Source: a virus. From it: 64,000 nt of DNA. The stretch spans positions 64,001-128,000 of IMG/VR virus record IMGVR_UViG_3300032267_001142. One strand, given 5' to 3'. Below are positions 48,459-56,758 of this stretch, piece by piece (position 1 is the first letter of the stretch; each line of letters begins with the position of its first letter). Under the pieces are notes generated by a model. That model did not search any database, had not been told where the DNA came from, and was given only the letters and a program-made list of their open reading frames with translations. The position numbers were made by a program, and so were the translations under genes.

Positions 48459-48896
48459 TGAAACAACCGATACTTGGATTCTTTGGAGACTTCCGTGTCC
48501 TATCTAACTTTTGGCCGTGCGTAATAGAATACTGCGGCTATTCTTACCAGAATACGGAGGCGGCTTTTCAGGGCAATAAAAGCAACTCACAAGAGGATAA
48601 AGAAAGGTTTTCTTCCATGACCGCCGCCGAAGCGAAGAGAGAAAGTAAGAAACTTCGGCTTCGCGATGACTGGCTCGCCGTTAGGGACCAAATAATGCTG
48701 GACCTTATTAGGATAAAGTTCTCTAGTGCGAACCCCCGACTTGGTAGATAAACTCGAAGCTACAGGGGACGCATATCTCGAAGAGACTAACACTTGGGGA
48801 GACATCTATTGGGGAGTTTGCAAAGGCGTCGGCCAGAATAAACTCGGGAAAATAATCGCGCAGGTCCGAGAAGAAAACAGAAGCTCTTTTTGTTAA
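48458..48896 (+). pseudogene. NADAR family protein interrupted by a +1 frameshift in a C5 run
   Basis: LSNFWP, TEAAFQGNK, DW...IMLDLIRIKF in one frame. Removing one C at 48733-37 restores NPDLVDKLEATG...EETNTWGDIYWG...GQNKLGKII, 145 aa in total. Confidence 0.85.
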
Positions 48897-48932
48897 ATAT
48901 TAGAGACAGGCTTATGGTGGCAACAATTTTTA

Positions 48933-48960
48933 TTGATTCTTCTCGAAAAACGTAGATAAT
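48933..48960 (+). promoter_or_regulatory. Sigma70-like promoter, leaderless geometry
   Basis: TTGATT, 16 nt, GATAAT, 6 nt, ATG 48967. Confidence 0.55.
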
Positions 48961-48966
48961 CGCGCT

Positions 48967-49998
48967 ATGAAAAGAAAACTGGCCTCAGTAAATGTCCTGA
49001 CGAATCTTCAAAAAATCGAGGGTGCCGACACCCTACAGAAGGGCAACATTCTGGGGTGGTCAGTAGTAACAAAAGCCGGAGCCTTCTCAGAGGGAGAAGA
49101 GGTCGTATACATCGAAGCGGATGCGGTTCTTCCAGAGGTTACGGAGTTCGAGTTTCTTCGCAAGAATAAGTTTAGGATTAAGCCGTGCAGGCTGCGCGGT
49201 CAGGTGTCTTTGGGACTCTGTATCCCTCTAAGCGAGGCGAAACAGGTCGCCGCAAATCTCGGCAACACAAACGTCAACTGGTCTGTCGGTGAAGATGTGA
49301 CAGAAGCGCTAGGAATCAAGAAGTTCGAGCCGTATGTTAGCCTATCCCTTTCTTCCGATATCAAGGGGCTATTTCCTTCATTCATTCCTCAGACCGATGA
49401 AATGAGAATCCAGTCAGTGCCAGAGCTTCTTAACAGGCACGAAAACCGTGAAGTCTATGTGTCTGAAAAATTGGAAGGAAGTTCCGCGACGTATTACTTG
49501 AATGATGGCGTCTTTGGGGTCTGTTCAAGGACGAGAGAACTTAAAGAGAGCGAATCTAACGCCTTCTGGTCCGTAGCGAAAAAGAACTCCATAGAACAGG
49601 GACTCAATACACTTGCTAAGTTCAGCAAGAATACCAAAAATATTGCTATCCAAGGCGAGCTGATTGGCCCTAAAATTCAGGGCAATCACTATGGATTAAC
49701 GGCTCCAGAATTTCGTCTTTTCAATGTTTGGGATATTGACAAACAGTGTCCGGTCGATTATGGTGACTTGTGCCTCGCCAGCTCAGTTCTTGAGCTGTAT
49801 TTGGTGCCAATCGTATATCACCGTATAAATCTGTCCGACAAAACTCTGGAAGAGTGGGTTTCTTTTGCTAACGGAAGAAGTCAGCTTGCCGATGTTCTCC
49901 GCGAAGGAATCGTCGTCAGGGCGATTTCTCCAGTCAGAGACGAAGACGTAGGCTGGATGTCCTTCAAGGCGATTTCTTCCGAATACCTTCTGCGATAA
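48967..49998 (+). CDS. RNA ligase, DRB0094 (Rnl5)-like
   Basis: N-terminal OB-like KIEGAD...GWSVV, SEKLEGSS, QGELIG, FRLFNV, EGIVVR, SFKAIS. Confidence 0.88.
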   Translation: MKRKLASVNVLTNLQKIEGADTLQKGNILGWSVVTKAGAFSEGEEVVYIEADAVLPEVTEFEFLRKNKFRIKPCRLRGQVSLGLCIPLSEAKQVAANLGNTNVNWSVGEDVTEALGIKKFEPYVSLSLSSDIKGLFPSFIPQTDEMRIQSVPELLNRHENREVYVSEKLEGSSATYYLNDGVFGVCSRTRELKESESNAFWSVAKKNSIEQGLNTLAKFSKNTKNIAIQGELIGPKIQGNHYGLTAPEFRLFNVWDIDKQCPVDYGDLCLASSVLELYLVPIVYHRINLSDKTLEEWVSFANGRSQLADVLREGIVVRAISPVRDEDVGWMSFKAISSEYLLR

Positions 49999-51119
49999 TG
50001 AACAACCTGCCCACATTATACTCCCGTAATCAAGACGGCTCCGTCCAGCAGTGGACTATCTTTTATGATGAAGATGGGTATTGGACGGAAAGCGGAAGAG
50101 TTGACGGCGTCATAACGCAGCACGGCAAGGTCGCGTGCGTAGGTAAAAATCTCGGGAAAAAGAACGAGACCACCGCAGCCCAACAAGCCGCGAGCGAGGC
50201 GCGTAGTAAGTTTGATAAGAAACTCAAGACCGGCCACTTCGAGGATGTGGCGCACATTGATAACTTCTACTTTGTAGAGCCCCAATTAGCAGTAGCGCTT
50301 GATAAAGTTAAGGCTGGTCTAGTTACACCGTGTTTGGTGCAGTGTAAGTATAACGGCGGCTGCGTTATTGCGACCCGTAAAGGTCTGTTTTCTCGCAAAG
50401 GCGAAGAGTATCTGTCGATACCTCACATTCAGCAGGCATTGAAGCCTATATTCGACAAATATCCAAACGCGGTCCTTCACGGCGAGGCGTTTAACGAAGG
50501 GTTACGCCAGCATCTTAATGAGATAATGAAGATTCTACGCAGAACTGTGAATGTCACCTCGGAAGTGTTACAGCGTAGCGAACAGCTCGTCCGTTTTTAT
50601 ATTTATGACGGTTATGGGTTTGAGGGAATGGAAGAGGAGACGCCATACAAGGACCGCAAGGCTGCGATTGACAACATTATCGCTGGGCATCCTAAATATT
50701 TATTTCAAGTTCCTACAGCGAAATGCTTGACGCAAAAAGAAGTTTGGGCGCTTTATCAAAGTTACATAGACGATGGGCACGAAGGGGCTATCGTCCGCTA
50801 CGAAGACAACATCTACGAACACAAACGCACACAGAAGCTTATCAAGCTCAAGCCTACGGACGATGATGAATTTTTGGTTGTAGCCTTACATGAAGGCACC
50901 GGAGACTGGGCTGGCACGGCTAGGCGCGTTGATTTCAAAATGAAGAACGGCGAAGTGTTCGGCGGCAACTTTAAGGGAAAGTTTGAGCAGGCGAAAGACG
51001 CTTGGGAGCACCCAGAGAAATATGTCGGCAAAGTCGTAACAGTGAGCTACAACGGACTCACTGGGCTGAATACTCCCAATTTCGCGCAGCTTGACCCCGA
51101 CAATTGTTTCAAATCGTAA
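49998..51119 (+). CDS. lig: ATP-dependent DNA ligase
   Basis: KYNG motif I, LHGEAF, FYIYD, GHEGAIVR, LIKLKP and an OB domain. Confidence 0.88.
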   Translation: MNNLPTLYSRNQDGSVQQWTIFYDEDGYWTESGRVDGVITQHGKVACVGKNLGKKNETTAAQQAASEARSKFDKKLKTGHFEDVAHIDNFYFVEPQLAVALDKVKAGLVTPCLVQCKYNGGCVIATRKGLFSRKGEEYLSIPHIQQALKPIFDKYPNAVLHGEAFNEGLRQHLNEIMKILRRTVNVTSEVLQRSEQLVRFYIYDGYGFEGMEEETPYKDRKAAIDNIIAGHPKYLFQVPTAKCLTQKEVWALYQSYIDDGHEGAIVRYEDNIYEHKRTQKLIKLKPTDDDEFLVVALHEGTGDWAGTARRVDFKMKNGEVFGGNFKGKFEQAKDAWEHPEKYVGKVVTVSYNGLTGLNTPNFAQLDPDNCFKS

Positions 51120-51526
51120 TGCCGGAAGCAAAAACAACAAAAGTTGGCAAAGTTTTCATTTTTCCGTCAAGCAAGTTCTATTATTCGATAGAATTTGTAG
51201 ACAACCTGACTGAACTGGAATCGTTTTTATCTGGTCCTTGTGAAATAAAGCCCGAAGCTTTATGTATCTCTGGGCAAATAACTCCAAGGGCTACTAATTC
51301 TGTGGGCCGGATTATCTTTAGAAGAGACTTATTCAATGTGCGTCTGGTCGTTCATGAAGCGTGCCACGCTGCACATTATATCGTTCATGGGGGCTACTTT
51401 GAATTCAAAGGCGATGCCTTTGATAAAGAAGAGCTTGTCGCGACTTTCACTGAAATGATTTTCGCGAAGACCTGCCGAGTAGTTTCTCGATTTGAAGATT
51501 TGACTGATTCCAAAAAGCGAAGATAA
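51119..51526 (+). CDS. Hypothetical protein with HExxH motif
   Basis: VVHEACHAAH...EELVA; TAATG-coupled start at 51119. Confidence 0.5.
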   Translation: MPEAKTTKVGKVFIFPSSKFYYSIEFVDNLTELESFLSGPCEIKPEALCISGQITPRATNSVGRIIFRRDLFNVRLVVHEACHAAHYIVHGGYFEFKGDAFDKEELVATFTEMIFAKTCRVVSRFEDLTDSKKRR

Positions 51527-51990
51527 TGGCAGAAATGAAAGCGAACGCAAACAGTTTGTATTTAATGGTCGGGGCTCCAGCTTCAGGAAAGAGCACTTTT
51601 TCCATTCTCGATGCCGAGAAGAAAAGAGCCATCCGACTCAGCAGCGACGAGCTGCGTGCCACGATTGGTAAAAACGAAGAAGACCAAACCGTTACGGGCA
51701 AAGTTTTTGACTTTATTAAGGCCGCTGTCAAATACTTTCTGCGCGGAGGGTTTTCCGTCATCGTAGACGCCACGAACATCAATAAGAAAAACAGAGCGGA
51801 CTATCTCCGCATAGCCACGGAACTTAATGTGTCAGCGGTCGCTGTATGCTTTGAGGTGCCCGTCGAAGAGCTGAAGAAACGAAATTCCGAAAGGGCGCGC
51901 CAAGTGCCCGAATGGGTTATCGACAGATTTGTCAACTCGTACGAGCGCCCCACCCTATCTGAGGGCTTTTCGCGCATAGAAATGAGATAA
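51526..51990 (+). CDS. Polynucleotide kinase-like P-loop kinase
   Basis: GAPASGKST, SSDELR, IVDATN, RNSER...VPEWVI. Confidence 0.85.
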   Translation: MAEMKANANSLYLMVGAPASGKSTFSILDAEKKRAIRLSSDELRATIGKNEEDQTVTGKVFDFIKAAVKYFLRGGFSVIVDATNINKKNRADYLRIATELNVSAVAVCFEVPVEELKKRNSERARQVPEWVIDRFVNSYERPTLSEGFSRIEMR

Positions 51991-51992
51991 CA

Positions 51993-52649
51993 ATGTTAAA
52001 AAATATCCACTTAACCACAAAAAACGGCAGCAACGTCTGGTTCTGCTCTGATACCCACTTCGGGCATGATAAGGAATTCATTATCAAGCCAAGGGGTTTC
52101 AATTCCATTCAGGAACACGATGCCGCTATCATAAAAGCTTGGAACGAGCGCGTGAAACCCTCCGACGCTGTCGTATTCCTAGGGGACTTCAGCCTGCGTT
52201 CGAGTGTAGAGCGGACAAAAGAGCTTCTGAATCTTCTGCATGGAACGATTTACTACATTTGGGGAAATCACGAAAGCTACGCTACGAGGATTTACAAAGA
52301 GGAACTCAACAAAGAGTTCGGCCACGCGAATTTCGAGATTTATCCCTTGAAGTGGAACAATAAAGTTGTATTCTTGGGCTCTGTAGCGAATGTTGTTGTC
52401 GATGGTCAGTTCATCGTGTGCTCTCATTTCCCATTTAGAATCTGGGAACACTGTCACCACGGGTCTTGGAATCTGAGCGGTCATAGCCACAGCAACGACA
52501 AAGAAAGAAACCCTGACCACACCGAGGGCAAGTGCCTCGATTGCGGCATTGATAACTTCTCCGGCCCGATAAGCTTCGCGGAAGTTTCTGAGAAACTCAA
52601 AAACCGAACGGTGGTCGCGTTAGACCATCACAATAGAAAAACCACATAA
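51993..52649 (+). CDS. Calcineurin-like phosphoesterase (possible RNA end-healing partner)
   Basis: SDTHFGH, LGDF, WGNHE, CSHFP, LSGHSH, DCGID. Confidence 0.85.
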   Translation: MLKNIHLTTKNGSNVWFCSDTHFGHDKEFIIKPRGFNSIQEHDAAIIKAWNERVKPSDAVVFLGDFSLRSSVERTKELLNLLHGTIYYIWGNHESYATRIYKEELNKEFGHANFEIYPLKWNNKVVFLGSVANVVVDGQFIVCSHFPFRIWEHCHHGSWNLSGHSHSNDKERNPDHTEGKCLDCGIDNFSGPISFAEVSEKLKNRTVVALDHHNRKTT

Positions 52650-52650
52650 C

Positions 52651-53595
52651 ATGAGTACTAATAAAGACCTATCTGTCGGAGTTATCGTCGGGCGCTTTCA
52701 ATGCGTGAATTTACACGCTGGGCACCGTTTCATTTTCGATGAGGTTATACGAAAACATAGCCGCGTCATTGTCTTCCTCGCTACAGGAGTACTGAAGGCG
52801 ACCGGAAATAATACGCTCTCCTATGCGGAACGCGAAAAGATGATACGCGAAGTATATCCTGACTTGGAAATTCATGAGTTGGAGAATCATCAGTCTGACC
52901 ACGAGTGGAGTCTGAACTTGGATAGGAAAATAGCTAGAGCAATACCTTTCGGAGTAAAGGCGCTGTTGTATTGTGGCAGAGAAGGTTTTAACAAGTACTA
53001 TTCGGGGAGTATAAGCGTGAACGTATTAAAAGCTCCAGAAGAGATTCTTGATTCTGCAACCGACCAAAGAAGAGAGGCTATATTCACTCCCATTTCGGAG
53101 AGAAATGCGTCGTTCCGAGCTGGCGCAATTTCGGCGGCTAATTCGCGCCCACCTACAGCCTATCAGACAGTAGACGTGGCGATACTTGATAAGAGCGGAC
53201 AAATCTTGTTGGCCGGAAAGCCGACGGACCCGCCGCATCTGTGGAGATTTGTGGGGGGTTTTTCCGAGCCTAGCTCACCGTCGCTAGAGCACGACGCTCT
53301 GAAAGAGGCGCGTGAAGAAGCGGGGCTTGAGGTCGCAAATCCCAAATATGTAGGTAGCCTTCTAACTGGCGACTGGAGATATCGTTGGGAAAAGGACAAA
53401 ATCAAGACCGCGCTATTTACGGTAGATTACGTCTTTGGAGCTGCGGTAGCGGGCGATGACGTTAGCCGCGTGCGGTGGTTTAACATCAAGGACGTGACAC
53501 TCGACATGATTGTTGAAGGCCATAGGCCGCTATGGGAAATGCTCAAAAGACATCTCGAAGATAAGAGTTGTCGTCCTGCACAAAGCGTAGTATAA
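52651..53595 (+). CDS. nadM: Bifunctional NMN adenylyltransferase / Nudix ADP-ribose pyrophosphatase (NadM-Nudix)
   Basis: GRFQCVNLHAGH, SATDQR, VGGFSE...ALKEAREEAGL Nudix box, AGDD. Confidence 0.9.
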   Translation: MSTNKDLSVGVIVGRFQCVNLHAGHRFIFDEVIRKHSRVIVFLATGVLKATGNNTLSYAEREKMIREVYPDLEIHELENHQSDHEWSLNLDRKIARAIPFGVKALLYCGREGFNKYYSGSISVNVLKAPEEILDSATDQRREAIFTPISERNASFRAGAISAANSRPPTAYQTVDVAILDKSGQILLAGKPTDPPHLWRFVGGFSEPSSPSLEHDALKEAREEAGLEVANPKYVGSLLTGDWRYRWEKDKIKTALFTVDYVFGAAVAGDDVSRVRWFNIKDVTLDMIVEGHRPLWEMLKRHLEDKSCRPAQSVV

Positions 53596-53605
53596 AAGAC
53601 CCATC

Positions 53606-55036
53606 ATGAAGCCAAAAATGAAAGACAACACGGTATTCCTACTTGATTCTTACAAAATCGCGCATCCTAAAATGTTGCCCGAAGGAACAACTGGCGCATT
53701 TTCTTATGGCGAATCGCGTAAAGGCGCTCGTTACCCCTATACTGCGCTTTTCGGTCTTAGATATATCCTGCAAACTCATTTGGCTGGGCCGCGAGTTACT
53801 CCTGAAAAAATCGCTCAAGCGAACGAGCTTCTGACTGAGCATTTCAAATTCTGCGGTGATGTTTATGACGCCCGCATCTGGGAATACATTCTGAGAGAGT
53901 ATAACGGGCGACTTCCGTTGACAATTCGCGCCGTTCGTGAAGGAACGAAAGTGCCTACCGCTAACATGATGGTCAGTGTAGAGACTAGCGACAAAAACTG
54001 CGCGTGGCTCGTCGGTGGCGTTGAAACGGTATTGCAGCAAATGTGGTATCCTTCTACGGTTGCGACGCGTAGTCGATGCATCATCGACATCATCAAGGCT
54101 TACTTCAAGAGAACTGTTGATGACGATTTGCAGTGGCTTGCGGATTATTATTTGCACGACTTCGGGCAGAGGGCCGCGACGTGTATGGAGGCGGCTGGCC
54201 TAGGGGGAATGTCGCATCTACTCAACAGCAAGGGCACGGACACTCTTATGGGTATGGCTTATGCTATTGACGAATATGACGCAAGCCCTAAAGATTTGGC
54301 ATATTCGGTTCCTGCTAGTGAGCACCTGATTGCCACGTCGCTAGGTAAAGCTGGAGAATTTGCGGTAGCCAAGAGGCTCTTGCAGCTTTTTCCGAAGGGC
54401 ATATTGTCGCATGTTTCGGATAGCTATAACATCACTGAGGCAATCAGGATGTATAACGAAGACCCCGAGTTCCGCCGACTTATCTTGGCGAGGGATGGTA
54501 AATTCGTAGCTAGACCCGATAGTCCACGCTTTGAGCAGGACACGCCGCAAGACCAGATTCTTTGGATTACCCAACAGTGGGACAAGGGTTACGGCCACCG
54601 CGTAAACACTAAGGGCTATAAAGATTTGGACCCTCATGTCGGAACTATCTACGGAGATAGCCTTACAGAGGACAATATTGAGGACACGCTTAGTCTGCTA
54701 GAACAAAACGGTTATAGCGCGTTGGCGAGCGTTTTCGGATGTGGTGGTTATTTAATCCAGCGGATGCACCGCGATACTCAGCGTCAAGCTTTCAAGTGCA
54801 GCGCCCTCATGCACGACGGCGAGTGGCGCGATATCTGTAAAGAGCCGCTGGATAAGACGAAGGTTTCCAAGAAAGGGCGGCTCAAGCTCATCAAGAACGA
54901 ATATGGAGACTTTGAAACGGTTCCGTTTGAAGTGGACAAGCCCGACCAGATGGTTACGGTGTTCAAGAACGGCAACATGATGAACGTGGAAAACTTCGCG
55001 CAAATCAGACGCCGCATCAACGGAGAAATAGAATGA
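53606..55036 (+). CDS. nadV: Nicotinamide phosphoribosyltransferase (NAMPT)
   Basis: LDSYKIAH, HDFGQR, GTDT, SVPASEH, VSDSY, RPDS, GCGGYL, FKCS. Confidence 0.93.
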   Translation: MKPKMKDNTVFLLDSYKIAHPKMLPEGTTGAFSYGESRKGARYPYTALFGLRYILQTHLAGPRVTPEKIAQANELLTEHFKFCGDVYDARIWEYILREYNGRLPLTIRAVREGTKVPTANMMVSVETSDKNCAWLVGGVETVLQQMWYPSTVATRSRCIIDIIKAYFKRTVDDDLQWLADYYLHDFGQRAATCMEAAGLGGMSHLLNSKGTDTLMGMAYAIDEYDASPKDLAYSVPASEHLIATSLGKAGEFAVAKRLLQLFPKGILSHVSDSYNITEAIRMYNEDPEFRRLILARDGKFVARPDSPRFEQDTPQDQILWITQQWDKGYGHRVNTKGYKDLDPHVGTIYGDSLTEDNIEDTLSLLEQNGYSALASVFGCGGYLIQRMHRDTQRQAFKCSALMHDGEWRDICKEPLDKTKVSKKGRLKLIKNEYGDFETVPFEVDKPDQMVTVFKNGNMMNVENFAQIRRRINGEIE

Positions 55037-55212
55037 GCGCCGGAAAGGGAGACAAGCCTAGAAATCTAGGCCCGAACTTCAAGAAGAACTACGACTTGAT
55101 TAAATGGAAAAAGACCTCGCAAACAGACCACAAGAGTCGATGTGGCAAGCCTTCAACAGAATTGAAGAAGAACTCGAAAAAGAAATCACCGAGTGGGAAC
55201 GAGCCAACCTAG
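55033..55212 (+). CDS. Small basic GKGDKPR-type phage protein (59 aa), absent from the ORF track
   Basis: ATGA-coupled to nadV: MSAGKGDKPRNLGPNFKKNYDLIKW...; its TAG overlaps the thyA GTG. Confidence 0.55.
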   Translation: MSAGKGDKPRNLGPNFKKNYDLIKWKKTSQTDHKSRCGKPSTELKKNSKKKSPSGNEPT

Positions 55213-56072
55213 TGCAAAACAACGCCGATAAAAGATATTTCGAGCTAGTCAATAAAATACTAGCCGAAGGAGAATGGAAAGGCAACAGGACGGGTGTAGA
55301 TTGTCTAGCGATTGCGGGATTCATGTTTGAACATGATATGAGCGAGGGCTTCCCTCTACTCACCAGCCGTAAGTTGCCGTTCAAAAGCACTACGGTCGAG
55401 CTAGAGTTCTTCATTAAGGGCCTCAGAAGCAAGAAGTGGCTTCAGGACCGAGGGTGTCATTATTGGGACGGGTGGTGCAATCCACAAAAAGTGGCATACG
55501 CCCATGACGAAGAGACTAAGCGCAGGATGGCAGAAGAGGACGATTTAGGTCTTATTTACGGAACGCAATGGAGAGATTTCCGTGACCCAAGCATGCCAGA
55601 CGGAAGTGGTATCGACCAACTCAAAGAAGCCGTTAATAAACTCAAAACTAATCCGCTCGACAGGAGAATGCTTGTCTCGGCTTGGAACCCGCTAGCTATA
55701 CCTCATGCGGCGCTTCCTAGCTGTCATGATGGGTTCAGAATCTCCGTCGTGAATAACAAGCTAAACTTAGCTTGGACACAGCGCTCAGTTGATGTTTGTT
55801 GCAATCAGAGCATTACAACTTACGGTCTCCTGTTGCATCTTTTAGCTAAAGAAGCGAATCTGCAAGAAGGAAAGTTGATAGGATTTTTGATGGATTGTCA
55901 TATCTACAAAAACCATTTAGACGGTATACAAAAACAACTATCTCAAAAAACTCACAACCTTCCGAGAGTTCAGACAAAGAATTTTAGTTCGATATTCGAC
56001 TGGACATATAGCGATACGTCGCTATTAGATTATCAACATAGCGAGCCGATTAGATACGAGGTTGCAATATAA
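55212..56072 (+). CDS. thyA: Thymidylate synthase-family enzyme with atypical QRSxD...N region
   Basis: NRTG, GFPLLT, YGTQWR, RRMLVSAWNP, LPSCH, QRSVD, DCHIYKNH. GTG 55212 (TAGTG overlap) gives a normal-length N-terminus; the ORF track start is 55104. Confidence 0.85.
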   Translation: MQNNADKRYFELVNKILAEGEWKGNRTGVDCLAIAGFMFEHDMSEGFPLLTSRKLPFKSTTVELEFFIKGLRSKKWLQDRGCHYWDGWCNPQKVAYAHDEETKRRMAEEDDLGLIYGTQWRDFRDPSMPDGSGIDQLKEAVNKLKTNPLDRRMLVSAWNPLAIPHAALPSCHDGFRISVVNNKLNLAWTQRSVDVCCNQSITTYGLLLHLLAKEANLQEGKLIGFLMDCHIYKNHLDGIQKQLSQKTHNLPRVQTKNFSSIFDWTYSDTSLLDYQHSEPIRYEVAI

Positions 56073-56076
56073 GCCG

Positions 56077-56105
56077 TTGCGATTCTTAAAAACATATCGT
56101 ATAAC
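56077..56105 (+). promoter_or_regulatory. Sigma70-like promoter, leaderless geometry
   Basis: TTGCGA, 17 nt, TATAAC, 6 nt, ATG 56112. Confidence 0.55.
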
Positions 56106-56111
56106 ATCAAG

Positions 56112-56579
56112 ATGAACCTCTTTTTTTTAGACCCTGACTTGCAACGCTGCGCGGAAGCCCACGTTGACCGACACGTTGTCAAAATCATCACTGAGGCTAA
56201 TCAGTGTATGGCGTGCGCCTATCCCAAAGGCGTCGCACCTTACCGCCACTCTTACACTAACCACCCGATGACCGTTTGGGTCCGCACGAACCTTGCGAAT
56301 TTTAACTGGACGGTTGAATACTGCCTAGCTCTCTGTTACGAATACACTTACCGATATGGCCGCGTCCATGCCGGAGAAAGGGTCGCCAACTGGTATAAAC
56401 AAAATCCTCCCACAATTCCTAACGGAGAATTGACAGAGCCACCGCGTTGTTTTGGGGCATTCAAAGACCAAATCAATATCACTACCAGCGTCTACGACGA
56501 TTACCGCTCATATTACAAGGTCGGCAAGAGCCATCTATTCAATTGGAAAAACCGCGCAACACCGAGTTGGCTACTATGA
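56112..56579 (+). CDS. Pyrimidine-dimer DNA glycosylase-like protein
   Basis: MNLFFLD...CAEAHVDRHVVKIITEANQ, NHPMTVWVR, EYTYRYGRVH, YRSYY. Confidence 0.8.
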   Translation: MNLFFLDPDLQRCAEAHVDRHVVKIITEANQCMACAYPKGVAPYRHSYTNHPMTVWVRTNLANFNWTVEYCLALCYEYTYRYGRVHAGERVANWYKQNPPTIPNGELTEPPRCFGAFKDQINITTSVYDDYRSYYKVGKSHLFNWKNRATPSWLL

Positions 56580-56758
56580 GCGATAAAAACAAAGTCAGAG
56601 CATTGATTAAGAAGACTCAGCATGTCGCTGACGCGAGAGACGCCGCCTACAGGCGAGAAGCGGCTAAAGACGCGGCAGAGCAGGAATCTACAGTCGAAGG
56701 AGCAATGCTGGCATTAAGCATACTGCTAGCAGGTTATCCCAAGGGCAGACGCTCATAA
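56576..56758 (+). CDS. Hypothetical protein (60 aa)
   Basis: ATGA-coupled start at 56576. Confidence 0.45.
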   Translation: MSDKNKVRALIKKTQHVADARDAAYRREAAKDAAEQESTVEGAMLALSILLAGYPKGRRS

